Shown piece by piece: positions 39,926 through 53,376 of a stretch of 64,000 nucleotides of DNA. The notes under the pieces are model-generated. The model did not search any database. It saw nothing but the letters and a program-made list of their open reading frames with translations, and was not told where the DNA came from. How positions within the stretch are numbered: the stretch's first letter is position 1; every line of letters starts with the position of its first letter. Source of the DNA: Eledone cirrhosa (lineage: Eukaryota); NCBI GenBank assembly GCA_964016885.1, contig OZ024741.1:29326001-29390000 (forward strand), written 5' to 3'. The position numbers and the translations under genes were made by a program.

Positions 39926-39928
<3 letters not shown>
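36558..39928 (+). mobile_element. Near full-length Penelope-like element (Hydra-clade-like) with direct pseudo-LTRs, inactivated
   Basis: 136-bp direct repeats 36558-36693 and 39793-39928. Broken ORF 36875-39216: RVRWK, KADKT, FIQFDI, TMG, GIYRDD, CNSHLPETCLLHNEC, NLVYQC, YYIGAT, CQLCDLE. Ends in (TA)n. Confidence 0.95.
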
Positions 39929-39971
<43 letters not shown>

Positions 39972-39975
<4 letters not shown>

Positions 39976-40892
39976 GGAAAAAATGAAACGAAATTTCATT
40001 TCCCACTCTTAGTACGGCTATTACTTAAATATAAGTATGTATACGTACATGCATATATGTATACAGACGTACAGCAGTATGTATATATATATATATATAT
40101 ATATATACATACATGCACACATATATATATGTACGCATGGATTCACCGAACATTTATTATAATGCTCGGCGTGTCTGTAAACAAACATCCCGTATTAAGC
40201 CATTGCTCGTTTTGTTCAACACTAACAAAGGAACGCTCTACTAGTTTCAAGCTTATTAGCTATCGTCAGCAACGTATACCTTCCTGTCAGATGGTTGAAC
40301 GTCTGAAAGTATAAACTTTCCTTATGCACATTAACGGCTGAACAGCCTAATTTGCATATCGAGTGAGTTAATCGGCCGGGGTACCGAAAACGATAAATGG
40401 AAACGATAAATAGCCGTACTAAGAGTGAGAAATGAAATTTCGTTTCATTTTTTCCATTTATCGTTTTCGGTGCGCCTGGCCAATTAACTCACTCGATATG
40501 CAAATTAGGCTGCTCAGCCGTTAATATGCATAAGGAAAGTATATACTTTCAGACGCTCAATCATCTGGCAGGAAGGTATACGGTGCTGACGATAGCTAAT
40601 AAGCTTGAAACTAGTACATCGTTCCTTTGTCAGTTTTGAACAAAAGGGCAACGATGGTTGCTAAACACTACGGCTTAATTCGGGATGTTTGTTTACAAAC
40701 AAACCGAGCATTATAATAAATGTTCGGTAAATTCATACGTACATATATATATATATGTGTGCATGTATGTATATATATACATACTACTGTACGTCTGTAT
40801 ACATATATGTATGTACGTATACATACTTATATTTAAGTAACAGCCATACTAAGAGTCAGAAATGAAATTTTGTTTCATTTTTTTCCATTTAT
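39972..40892. mobile_element. Family B inverted dimer
   Basis: 39972-40400 is inverted against 40411-40890. HHRs at 40233-40275 (-) and 40581-40621 (+). Confidence 0.9.
40581..40621 (+). ncRNA. Minimal type I hammerhead ribozyme, intact (family B)
   Basis: CGGTG CTGACGA tAGCTaataAGCTt GAAA CTAG TA CATCG. Confidence 0.9.
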
Positions 40893-41110
40893 ATATATAT
40901 AAGTAATTATATTATTTTTCCTCTCTCTCCTAAAGACATGCAGATTTGAATGTTTGTGTATGTGTGTGTCTGTGGGCGAGTGTTCACATTTCTTCTATGT
41001 GTGCGTTCTATTTGATTGTGTTTCTCTGCGTGTGTGTGTGTTTCTGTGCATGTGTATGTGTGTATGTGTGTGTACGTGTGCGTGTGTATGTGTGTGTGTA
41101 TATATATATA

Positions 41111-41143
<33 letters not shown>

Positions 41144-42137
41144 CAAGCGTATTTTCAGCTACGTTTCTAATATTTTATTTACATACTGAATACTTGTATA
41201 CCTTTACTTATTAATAACGGTAAGATGTTAGAATTTCCATGCTGCTTGGCGATCCGAACACTTCAAGCTAGAAAATTTTACGTCGTTCTACCTAACGAAT
41301 TTTATCGATTAAACTCTAGAGGAAGTTGAACAGAATTCTGTCATGTAAGAACGGTTCTACACATTTCAAAGAAGTTATATCACGTGTAGTTATAATATGA
41401 AAGTCTTGCAGTGAATAAACCTACTCTTGTTAGTTCATGCACCTATAATAAATCGATAGATCATATTCGATTGCATTTATACTACGGTCTTTGTAGCAGA
41501 GAAGTTTGGGAGCTGAAATAATTCCTTTAATATTGCATATTTAATATTAATTTCTAGTGTTTGCTTCATACCTAAAAATTGTACAGAAAAGTGATGTCGT
41601 ATAAATCGATACCAAGTACTAGATGAGTACCTATTTTATTGAATTGTGGATTAATAAAGGACAAAAACACATCTAAATAAGAATAGAATTCAACCTATTT
41701 TATACCACATGTAATTTTATCTCGCATCGCTCTACCGAATCTGCAAGAATTGGAAGATTGTAAAATTTATTAAAACAAATGCAGCAGATGATAGGTTCAT
41801 TATTTAACGAACTGCATTATGATCAGAGATGAAGTTCAAGACAGGTGGAGTTTAAACTCTAAAGTTGAAGCGACTAACAAGATACAGAGACACATCCTAC
41901 CAGATACCTTATTTATTCTCCTACTATCTGTTCTAACCATATTAATGAAGTTGTCAGTGTTTTTTGGCGAAGGGATCTTTATTTGACGCGGTTTCGTCTA
42001 GAGAATGAAAACATTTAACAGTACTTACACTGTAGTTCGGGCCATAAGGTAGATATGAACGTCACAACAATACGAAACCAACTGGTTTTGGGTGCCAGCC
42101 CATTGCATAAGTGAGAGTTATACCATATATGTATGTA

Positions 42138-42806
42138 TGTTATCTCTTTCTCTTAATTTCGAGTATATTTTTTTGACCGGCCACCTTCCTTGTGGCAAGG
42201 TTGTAAAAGAAAATAAATTGTTATCCCTTGAATCGCAAGAAAGTTTTGCAAATTTTGAAGGTGCCAGCTGTCGCAGCCATTTGTAGACTATGAATTAGGG
42301 AGCTGCGCTCTTTGTCCGCAAATCCAAATTCAGTCATACTTTGGTCCAAGCGGGTTGGTATATAACCCGTAGCTCCAATAATGCTGGGTATGAAGTTAAA
42401 GGTGTATCTTGGATACTGGATTTGTAAACTCCTCATCAATGGTCCGTAGATGTCCTCCTTCTACTGTATTTTTCTGACAACGTTTATATCAAGTGGGCAG
42501 CTGATCTCCACAACAGAACACGTTTTCAATGTGTGGTCCCAAACAACAATATCAGGTCGGTTGTGCTTTAATTTGGTGGCAGTTTTTATTTTCAGTTTCC
42601 ACCAGTATTCCTTAGTGACATCTGTCTCAATATATTCTTCCTCGTTTGTTGTTAATTTTGTTTTCCGAAGTGTGTTCCAGATGGTTCTAGCTATCCCATC
42701 GTGTCTCATGGGGAGGTAGTAGCGAGATGACATTCTTTTGCAGTTGGCAACAATGTGGCTTACATCCTCGATCTTTGTTTTACATATCCTACATTTATTG
42801 TCAGCT
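42138..42806 (-). mobile_element. Dong/R4-type LINE 3' fragment (second subfamily)
   Basis: MSSRYYLPMRHD, HNRPDIVVWD, VVEISCP, PSIIGATG. (TATG)n on both sides. Confidence 0.9.
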
Positions 42807-42949
42807 GTATGTATGTATGTATGTATGTATGTATGTATGTATGTATGTATGTATGTATGTATGTATGTATGTATGTATGCATGTATGCATGTATGTATGT
42901 ATGTATGTATGTATGTATGTATGTATGTATGTATGTATGAATGTATGTA

Positions 42950-43321
42950 TGTTATCTCTATCTCTTAATTTCGAGTATATTTTTTTTGACCGGCCACCTT
43001 CCTGGTGGCAAGGTTGTAAAAAAAAAGAAATTGTCATCCTTTGAATCGCAAGAATGTTTTGCAAATTTTGAAGGTGCCAGATATCGCAGCCATTTGTAGA
43101 CTATGAATTAGGGAGCTGCGCTTTTTGTCCGCAAATCCAAGTTCAGTCACACTTTGGTCCAAGCGGGTTGGTATATAACCCGTAGCTCCAATAATGCTGG
43201 GTATGAAGCTAAAGGTGTATCTTGGATACTGGATTTGTAAACTCCTCATCAATGGCCCGTAGATGTCCTCCTTCTCCTGTATTTTTCTGACAATGTTTAC
43301 ACAAGTGGGCAGCTGATCTCC
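42950..43321 (-). mobile_element. Dong/R4-type LINE 3' fragment (second subfamily, shorter)
   Basis: Near-identical to 42138-42510. Flanked by (TATG)n. Confidence 0.9.
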
Positions 43322-43352
<31 letters not shown>

Positions 43353-43441
43353 TGTATGTATGTATGTATGTATGTATGTATGTATGTATGTATGTATGTA
43401 TGTATGTATGTGTGTATGTATGTATGTATGTATGTATATAT

Positions 43442-43691
43442 GTAGCATCTCCAACAGCAGCCTGGTTGACTACCAGGCTGCTGTTGGAGATGCTACTCAT
43501 CATGCTTGCCAAACATGTGGTAGAGAATGTAAATCAGCAGGAGGACTCAAGCGACATGCAAAAGTACACGAACTCCAACCACAGCCGACTATTCCCAGTA
43601 AATGTTTTGGTTGCCGACTCTGTGCAAGACATTTTGGATCATTGGCTGGGCTAAAAAGCCACATTCGATCGCAGCACTGTTAGTTGCTATC

Positions 43692-43731
<40 letters not shown>

Positions 43732-43810
43732 GCTTATGTGCGTGCGTGTGTGTGTATATATATATGAATATGTATATTGTTATTGTTGTTGTCGTTATTA
43801 TTATTATTGC

Positions 43811-43865
<55 letters not shown>

Positions 43866-43930
43866 TTTTTTTTTTTTTTTTTTTTTTGTGCAATGGCCAT
43901 ACTCGATAACGAGGGGGCAGCCATCATGTA
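43442..43930 (+). mobile_element. 5'-truncated RTE 3' fragment with fold-back 5' end
   Basis: Matches 48531-48765 ([34 protein letters not shown]), then the SSR cassette and 3' tail. 25-bp perfect inverted repeat at the 5' end. Confidence 0.9.
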
Positions 43931-43964
43931 TATATGTATATATATACACTCTACTCTCTGTTGA

Positions 43965-44066
<102 letters not shown>

Positions 44067-44407
44067 GTGTGTATATACATCACTCAGTCAAACGACCAGA
44101 TTTCAACCCCAACATCTACAACAACCAACAACACCGGCACTAATGTTTACAGCAACAACACCTTCAGAATGAACTGAAATGAACATTTACAACAACAACA
44201 ACAACAGCGGCATCAAAAGATAAAAAAAAAAAGAAGAAAGTGAAGGGAAAAAAAAAAGGAAAAAAACAACAAAAAAAACACAAAATAACAAAACACACAC
44301 ACACACACGCACACAACACAACAACAACATCAACTGCCACCACCACCACTACCGCCGCCGCCATCACCATCATAAGCGACCGGGCCTTAAGAAAACAACT
44401 TTAATAA

Positions 44408-44555
44408 TAATTTTTCTGCTTTTGGCACGGATCCAGCGACTGGACCACCGCATCACTGGTACTCTCTTTTGTTGACTCCGTGGGGATGAAAGGCAAGGTT
44501 GACCTCGGCGGGATTTGAGCTCAGAGCGTGGAGGGCCGTGACTCTATGCTGTAAA
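44408..44555 (-). mobile_element. Older S1-related SINE remnant
   Basis: GGGGATGAAAGGCAAGGTTGACCTCGGCGGGATTTGAGCTCAG. Paralog of 8385-8520. Confidence 0.75.
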
Positions 44556-44824
44556 GCAATTATAATAATACTGGACTGTAATACGATCGGCTTCAACTAT
44601 ACAAACTCTTGAAAGTCAACAGTTGACATAATCTTGTAATCTTGTATCAGTAATGACGGTAATATATATATATATATATATATGTTTGTGTGTGTGTGTA
44701 AGTAAGTAGAGTAGCGTGTGTGTGTTTGTTTGTATGTATGAGTGTTGCTGTGTGCGCGCATATATATGCGCGTGTGTGTGTCGTACGTATAAGTGTCAAT
44801 AAGTGATTTTTTTTTTTTTTTTTG

Positions 44825-47800
44825 CGCGGGGAGATAGAAATAATTGGGCTGGATGCCCGATCACGCAGTTAAACCACTGGGAGTGAAGAACCCCTAGCCC
44901 TTGTCAGGGCATTCTTCTAGGAGAAGGCATCTCAGGAAACTGGGTTAACTCCGACATAAAACCTGCGGCTCAGTAGTTACCGATGATGTTGATCTTTTCT
45001 TCTTTTCGGGTTATAGCTACTGTCGCTCAGAGAGTGGGATTGGCTCAGTGCACAGTCTTTCTTCACTTTAAAAATATTCGTCACGCACAGGCATTGCACG
45101 AGTGCATTAATAATTATTAATAGTGTACTATTATTATTATTATTATTATTATTACTATTATTATTACTTTTTATTATTTTTTTTTATTAATTCAATGATG
45201 TTCCAGAACAATATAAAAGAGATAATTGGCAATTTAGGTTCTGGAACAAAAAATATCATTGGCAATAAGGGCAGGGGACCCAGGTTATCACAGCCTGGGC
45301 CCGCTCGTCATCGTGCCATTGTAATAGAGCCAAACAAGGCATTTAGTCTTGGCTGCTGGAACGTACGGACGCTGCTTGACATGGATTCCTTGAGGCGTCC
45401 TGAACAAAGGACGGCTCTTGTTGCAAAGGAGCTTCGACGTTACAATCTTGACATCGTGGCTTTTTCTGAGACGAGGCTAGCTGGAGATGGTCTTCTTACG
45501 GAATTTTGTGGAGAATATACATTCTTCTGGAAAGGAAGAGATGAAGGAACTAGAAGAGAGGCTGGGGTAGGATTTGCTGTTAAGACTGTGCTTGTGAACA
45601 AATTAGAAGAATTCCCAGTAGGGATTAGTGAGCGTCTTATGTCCATGAGAGTTCCGCTGGACAAGGGAAGATATGCTACCCTGGTGAGTGTGTATACTCC
45701 AACTATGAGGAAAAGTGTCCTTTTACCATGCCTTGAAAGGTGTTTTAAGAAATATCCCTCAGGCAGACAAAGTCATCGTGCTTGGTGACTTTAATGCTCG
45801 AGTGGGTAGGGATTTTAACACATGGAATGTAATCAGAAAGCATGGGGTGGGAAAGTGTAACAGCAATGGTATGCTCCTGCTGCAGATGTGTCAGGAGCTG
45901 GATCTATGTGTTACCAACACCATGTTCCAACAAAAGAACAAATTCAAGACCACATGGATGCATCCTGCATCTAAGGAATGGCATCTTTTGGACTACGTCC
46001 TAGTCAGGATGCGTGACAGACAGGATGTGCAGTGTGTTCGTGTTCTTCGTGGAGCTGAGTGCTGGACGGACCACCGCCTGGTACGCGTAAAAGTGAAACT
46101 AATCACTAAACGTAAAATCCGGGCTCCTGGTGTTGCCCTGCCCAAAAGATTGAATGCTGCTCGTCTTAAGGATAAAAATGTGAAGAGGACATTGGAAGAA
46201 GAGATGCAGGCTGCAGATCTTGGTGAGGATTGGCCGACCCTTAAAAAGTCGGTTTATGACGTAGGCAGGCGTGTTCTGGGATTGGCGCAGAGGAAACATC
46301 AGGACTGGTTTGATGAGAATGATGTACATATAGAAGACTTGTTGGCTGATAAGAGGCGTGCTCTGTCACGCTACTTGACGGCAAAACCACAGGAGAGGAA
46401 TACGTTGCATGAGGAACTCAGGGATGTAAACTCACGTGTTAGGCGGAGTCTTTCTCAGATGAAGGATCAGTGGTGGAGTGAGAAGGCTGGTGAGATACAA
46501 ACTGCGTCTGATTCCAATAACACAAAGCTGTTGTACAGTCTCTTGCGTGAGGTTTATGGACCGTCTTCTTCTCTGGTGACACCGCTTCGCAGCAAGGATG
46601 GCAAAGAACTTCTTCGTGACTCACAAGGAATTCTACGAAGGTGGCGAGAACACTTTGATGATATTTTGAATCAGCCGTCTGTCGTCAGTGAAGATTTCCT
46701 CAATCTCATTCCAGAAAGTCCTGTGAAAGTAGCTCTCGCAGAACCTCCGACGCTTGTGGAGGTTGCAGTGGCTATTTCGAAGCTGAAAAGTGGAAGATAT
46801 TCAGGTATCGATGGCATACATGGCATACATGCTGAGCTCCTACAATATGGTGGTGAGACACTCCTGCATCATCTTCACTCTTTGTTTGGCAGGATATGGG
46901 CTAATAAATCCGTGCTAATGAATCCGTACCTGAGGACTGGAGAGATGCAGTAATGGTGGTCTTGTACAAGGGAAAGGATAACAGGAACGATTGTGGGAAC
47001 TACAGAGGTATATCATTGCTTTCTGTCGTAGGGAAAGTTTTATGTAGGGTGCTTCTGGACCGTCTGCTGACACACATTGCAGATTGTGTTCTTCCTGAAA
47101 GTCAATCTGGTTTTCGTGCTGGACGCGGCACTACTGATATGATCTTCTCAGCTAGACAGCTCCAGGAGAAGTGCATGGAACAAGGCTTGGATCTGTATCA
47201 GGTTTTTGTCGATCTGACAAAAGCTTTCGATACTGTTAACACAGATGCATTATCGAAGGTTCTCCAGAAACTTGGTTGCCCTGATAAGTTCCTTGCTTTA
47301 GTTAGGTCTTTCCATGACGACATGAAGGCTTGGGTTAATGTCGGGGGTAACATGTCGGAGCCTATCTCAGTAAAAAATGGAGTGAAACAGGGGTATATTC
47401 CAGCACCGACCCTGCTTGCCATATACTTTGGAATGGTTTTTTGTATTGCATTCAGGAATTGCGAGCATGGTGTTTACATCCGATATCGAATCTCAGGCAG
47501 CATATTTAACATCAGGCGCTTTGCTGCGAAGACAAAAGTATTTACATCAATCATAAGAGACCTCTTGTATGCAGATGATTGCGATCTTGTAGCGCACACA
47601 GAGAGTGATATGCAGCACATTTTGAATACATTTTCTGACGCTTGCACTGCCCTAGGTCTGACTGTCAGTCTCAAGAAAACCGTCGTCATGTACCAACCTG
47701 CCCCTGGTAAGCAGTACACTGAACCAAACATCTACGTGTATGGCAAACGACTTGGAGTGGTTGATCAGTTTGTCTACCTGGGAAGCACTGTCAATCGATA

Positions 47801-48943
47801 CAGCAACCTTGACAGTGAAATCTCACTTAGGATTAGGAAAGCAAGTGATACTTTCGGAAAGCTAGAAAGGCGACTCTGGGGTCGGCGAGATATATGCAGG
47901 AGGACAAAGGTAAAGGTGTACAGGGCATGTGTGCTCTCTTGTCTTCTTTATGCCTGCGAGACCTGGGTCACATATCGAAACCACCTTAAGCAATTGGAGC
48001 GTTTCCATCAGATGTGTCTCAGACGGATCCATGGCGTTCACTGGAGGGACCACATCAGTGATATCGAGATTTTGGAAAGCTCTATGTGTGACAGTATAGA
48101 AGCTCTTGTGCTTAAGCAACGACTCCGTTGGAGTGGTCACCTTGCCAGGATGAAGGATTCTAGAATACCAAAACAACTCTTTTATGGAGAGTTGGTTAAA
48201 GGAAAACGACCGCCACATAAACCAAAAAAGAGGTATAATAGTTCCTTGAAAGCCTCTCTGAAAGACGCTAACATCTCTGCTGATACATGGGAGAATATTG
48301 CTGCTGATCGTAATAAATGGAGAAAGACTGTATATGAGGGAAAAGTTGCCTTTGAGGCATCTCGAATCGCATAAGGAGAAAGTAAAGCGGGATGTGAGGA
48401 AGGGCATTGCTGTTGCACTTCCGGACGGCGAGGGTCCTCCTATGGTGCTGACATGCAGCGTATGTGCGAGACTCTGCCTAAGCAAAGCTGGACTCGAAAG
48501 TTATCTTCGCAGTCATAAAGTAAGACCAGTGGTTGACTACCAGGCTGCTGTTGGAGATGCTACTCATCATGCTTGCCAAACATGTGGTAGAGAATGTAAA
48601 TCAGCAGGAGGGCTCAAGCGACATGCAAGAGTACACGAACTCCAACCACAGCCGACTATTCCCAGTGAATGTTTTGGTTGCCGACTCTGTGCAATACATT
48701 TTAGATCATTGGCTGGGCTAAAAAGCCACATTCGATCGCAGCGCTGTTAGTTGCTATCGTGTGTGTGTGTGTGTGTAGATATGCTTATGTGTGTGCGTGT
48801 GTGTATATATATATATGTATATGTATATTATTATTGTTGTTGTCGTTATTATTATTGTTGTTATGATTATTATTATTATTATTGTTATTAATGTATGTGT
48901 GTGTGAGTGTGTGTATATGTGTATGTATATGTATATATATATG

Positions 48944-48974
<31 letters not shown>

Positions 48975-49025
48975 GTATATGTATATATATATATGTCTAT
49001 ATCTATGTATATATATATGTATATG

Positions 49026-49056
<31 letters not shown>

Positions 49057-49170
49057 GTATATATACATACATATATATATATGTATATATATATATATGT
49101 ATATGTATATATATATATGTATATATATATGTATATGTATATATATATGTATATGTATATATATATGTAT

Positions 49171-49224
<54 letters not shown>

Positions 49225-49320
49225 TATTTATTATTATTATTATTATTACTATTATTTTTTTTTCTTTCTCCTCGTGCAATGGCTATACACGATAACGAGG
49301 GGGCAGCCATCATATATGTA
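44825..49320 (+). mobile_element. Near full-length RTE-clade (BovB-like) LINE
   Basis: 5' UTR, single APE-RT ORF, SSR-rich 3' UTR, terminal GATAACGAGGGGGCAGCCATC followed by (TATG)n. Confidence 0.95.
45195..48750 (+). pseudogene. RTE polyprotein (APE endonuclease, RT, three C2H2-like fingers) split by three frameshifts
   Basis: WNVRTL, SETRL, GVGF, GDFNARVG, TDH, NYRGISLL, DLTKAFD, YADD, LRWSGHLARM, then CSVC/CQTC/CRLC fingers. Frameshifts at ~45710, ~46915 and ~48370. Confidence 0.95.
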
Positions 49321-49326
49321 TGTATG

Positions 49327-51200
49327 TTCTGGTTTTAAAATTTCCCAATATGTGTCAATACGGCGAGAGTGGGTTTATAACATAGTTACAAGTCTCTCTC
49401 ATGGGAATTTAAACAACATCAACTAGCTAGATATGTCTGCATGTCTGCATGCATGTGCATGTGCTTTGTATCTATACATGTGTATATGCAGTTATTAGAT
49501 GCAAAACGTTTGGAATGTTTTACATATTTTTACTGTTCCATTAATGGATTATATTTGTAATTTCCTAACTAGTTGTGTTCATTCTGTTCCTATGAAGCCC
49601 AGCTTCTCAAGATTTGTACTGAGGCAGTTACTAACATATCCCAGAACCCCAATAATCACAGGTATAAATTTGAAGGTATAGTCAGGGTGGAGTATCTGCA
49701 GATTTCTCATTAGTTCTGCATAAATATTCTCCTTTTCGCTAATCTTTGATATTATATTGGCATCTGCTGGGCAGCTAACTTCCACTACTGTGCATGCCTT
49801 CTTTTCCCTGTCCCATATCATTTTATCTGCTCTGTTATGCCTGCATTTATTGGGGTTTTTACTGGAATGTATATGTATATGTATGTCTTCCACATTGCTG
49901 TAGCTTTTAATGTGTTTATTATCGGGGCTATCTTTTCTACGAATTGCATTGTACAGTGTTTTGGCTACATCATGCCTCATAGGCAAATAGTACCGCGATG
50001 ACATCTTTGGACAGCTGCTTATGACATGGGTGACATCGACGATGTTAATTCTGCAAAGTCTGCACTTGTCACATCTAGGTGTTTTGCCTTCACCCCTATC
50101 CCTTTTGTGAATCAGGTATTTCGTGTTGATTTCCTGTTCTTGGATTGCAAGAGCGTATTCTTGAAAGTGGGAGCCAATATAGCGGTTGTTGGTCCAAGAT
50201 AGACTACTTTGTTTATCTATATTACTCTCACTCTGGAGCTTCCTGGCAGCATATCCATGCATGATTTTTTGCTGATAAGCATGCAGTATTTCATCCATGG
50301 ATTCTCTGCGATACTGCTGAGCAACTTCCCTGGGTGTGAGATTTTCATTATCACACAGGGAATATCTTTTAAGGAGTTCCTGCCCAACTCTCATGACCTT
50401 ATCTGTTTCATGCAGATATACTTGCTAGAGAAACTAGCTCCTACGCTTCGAGGTTCGTAGATGTTGCGACATTCAAATGCTGTCTGGTCCGATGTTAGGC
50501 CTCTGCCTCCCTGCTCACGTTTCAAGTAGAGGCGGTCTATGTCACTGTTGATGTAGAAGTTTCCGGTGTTGTTTAGTATTTTTCGAGTTCTAACATCAAT
50601 TGCTCGGATTTCATCTATCGTCCAATTGAGTATTCCAAACGTTGGTGTTAGGACAGGCACATCAAACATATTGAGAGCCACTGTTTTATTGTGTGCAGAG
50701 AGTTCCAATGACCGAATCTTTCTTAATCGGGTATAGTATTCCTTGGTTACGCGTTCTTTATTACAGATACCATTATAGGATATGTTCTCATCTATCCCCA
50801 GGTATCTGTAGCAGTCCTCATCAGATATCGGTGAAGCAGTTAGGCCATTGATGACAATGTTGCTAGATTGGGTTGTTGTTTTACTCCGCTTTACAGTCAT
50901 ATATGAACATTTATCTTGGCCAAACTCCATTCTTATATCCTTTGAGAATGTTGTAACCAGGTCAAGATTTTCCTACATCCCATCTATGTTCTTGGCATAG
51001 AGTTTAGATCATACACAAAAAAATTATGGGTTAGGTTCATATTTCAGTCCTCCTGTGAGTCAATGATGTATCATTGACATTTCTTGAGCAGAAAGGACAA
51101 GGGGTTTAATGACATGATAAATAATATCACAGAGGGAGAGACTGTCTCCTTGAAATATGCCCATGTGATATCCTATTTTAGAGTCTTCCTTCTCGCCCTA
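49327..51200 (-). mobile_element. Dong/R4-type LINE, 5'-truncated (RT C-terminal half + CCHC + RLE)
   Basis: IFQGDSLS at ~51135-51158, MEFGQDKC, YRYLG, RLYLKREQGGRGL, CRLC..H...C, RHD, VVEVSCP. The 3' end abuts the RTE (CATA)n tail. Confidence 0.92.
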
Positions 51201-51222
51201 GTATGCATACATACATACACAC

Positions 51223-51347
<125 letters not shown>

Positions 51348-51392
51348 CATGCAGGCATGCAAGAATTAGGGATATTTTGGAAAGCATATAGT

Positions 51393-51472
<80 letters not shown>

Positions 51473-51622
51473 GAAAAGAAATCATAAATGAAACTGGAGT
51501 CTTTTTAAGAAAATGTATTTGTTTCCTTTACCGGTTTCACAGTTCTTATACTTTTCAAAAGTAGAATTGAGAGAGAGGGTTTGTGGTTTTTCTCGCATCT
51601 GGAAACAAATAAATATTCTTAA

Positions 51623-51842
51623 CCCTTTAGCATTTACAACACTCGATATATATCATTGTATTTTTGTGACAAAGACTTTATCTTACATACTATCTGACAT
51701 AATATCGAATGTACGAGATTTTAATATTATTTATTTTGAGAACAATAACTTAACAGGAGTAAGAGCGGACTGTTACTGCTGGTTTGAACAGGACGAAGTG
51801 AGGGAATTAAGGCCTGATATGGCCAGTTTAAATGCTAAAGGG
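51623..51842. mobile_element. piggyBac-type MITE
   Basis: TIRs CCCTTTAGCATTTA / TAAATGCTAAAGGG with TTAA on both sides. Confidence 0.85.
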
Positions 51843-51937
51843 TTAAAAAGACTCCAGTTGCATTTTCGATTTCTTTTCCTTATACTTTCACTCGTGTAGG
51901 ACATCTCGTCTTTGTCATTTAAAAAACCCCTCATTTT

Positions 51938-52082
<145 letters not shown>

Positions 52083-52515
52083 GTATATATATATATATAT
52101 ACATATGTATGTAAGTATTTATCTTTATCTATCTACCTACCTACGTATTAATCTCTCTCCCTCCCTCCCCCTCTCTCTCTCTGTATATATATATATATGT
52201 ATGTCTGTGTATGTGTGTTTGTGTGTGTGTGTATTCGAGTATATTCGAATATGCGTGTGCGTGTGTTTATGTACGTGTTTGTGTGTAAGTATCTATATAG
52301 ATATGTATGGGCAACAGCTTTCATTTAGACATGTATTGAAAAGACAGCGGCGTTCTAATTTTATCTTCCTTGTCTAAAGTTTCTCATGGAAATACATATG
52401 TGTCGTATACAGTTTGTAAACATAAATATCTGGAAAAATGAAAATAAAAAAAAATAACACTAACTGGAACACGTCCTGACACCAGAGTGATCTGATAGCA
52501 TAGACAGACTTCAGT

Positions 52516-52553
<38 letters not shown>

Positions 52554-52594
52554 TTTAACATACAGGAGTAGTTACATAGTTACACATACGTAGT

Positions 52595-53312
52595 ATGAAT
52601 GAACGAAAAAAACGAAGATAATACGTCATATGTGGAGCGTGGAGAACAATAGCACGCAAAGACAAAACCACGTAAATGGTATAGCAGAAGTCGTAGACTA
52701 AAATTTTAACTAGGAGACCGAATGAATCTCCGCTACAGAGTTAAGAACAAAGTAAATAAATACAATACAGAAGTAATAGAAATAAATAAATACATACACG
52801 CAAACAAATACGTACATACACAAGCATACGCAAAACATTTACCATAGGTGTACAAAACCACGCACATATAAATATGTGTGTGTGTTTATGCGTGTATACA
52901 AATAAATAAATAAATAATTATATAAACGTATATAAATAAATAAATAAATACGTATATAACAAGCGCGCTCCACATATGACGTATTATCTTCGTTTTTTTC
53001 GTTCATTGCCAGAGAACGTCTCTATGAACCACCTAAGAGAACATTAGTCTACGACTTCTTTTATACGTGGTTCTGTCTTTGCGCGTAATTGCTTTTCACC
53101 ACTCCTATTAATGACGTATCTTATTCGTTTTTTCCCGTTCTTTGCCAGCGAACGTTACCACGAACCAAAGTATCGTCTTCCTGTCTTCCTCCGGTTGCAA
53201 CGTTTTTTGAAATATCCAGTTCTGCGTTTACAGATTGACTTTGTTAGTTTCAGAAGATCCCGTTAAGGGTGAAAGCAGCGATTCTTTGCTTAAACTTTAA
53301 TCCGTTATTTTA

Positions 53313-53320
<8 letters not shown>
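52595..53320. mobile_element. Solo inverted PLE terminal region (family of 11770-13490)
   Basis: 52595-52965 matches 12216-12585. 52965-53320 matches the reverse complement of 11775-12262 without the SINE. Confidence 0.85.

Positions 53321-53371
<51 letters not shown>

Positions 53372-53376
<5 letters not shown>

Noticed and set aside
43324-43683. Apparent C2H2 zinc-finger gene
   Set aside because: Near-identical to the RTE C-terminus 48531-48750 and followed by the RTE tail.
48785-49426. Long YI/CV/HT-repeat ORFs here and throughout the window
   Set aside because: Translations of (TA)n, (CA)n and (CATA)n, which lack stop codons.
53248-53290. HHR-like CAGAAGA-TCCCgttaaGGGT-GAAA
   Set aside because: The core is CAGA rather than CUGA in both copies and there is no convincing stem I.
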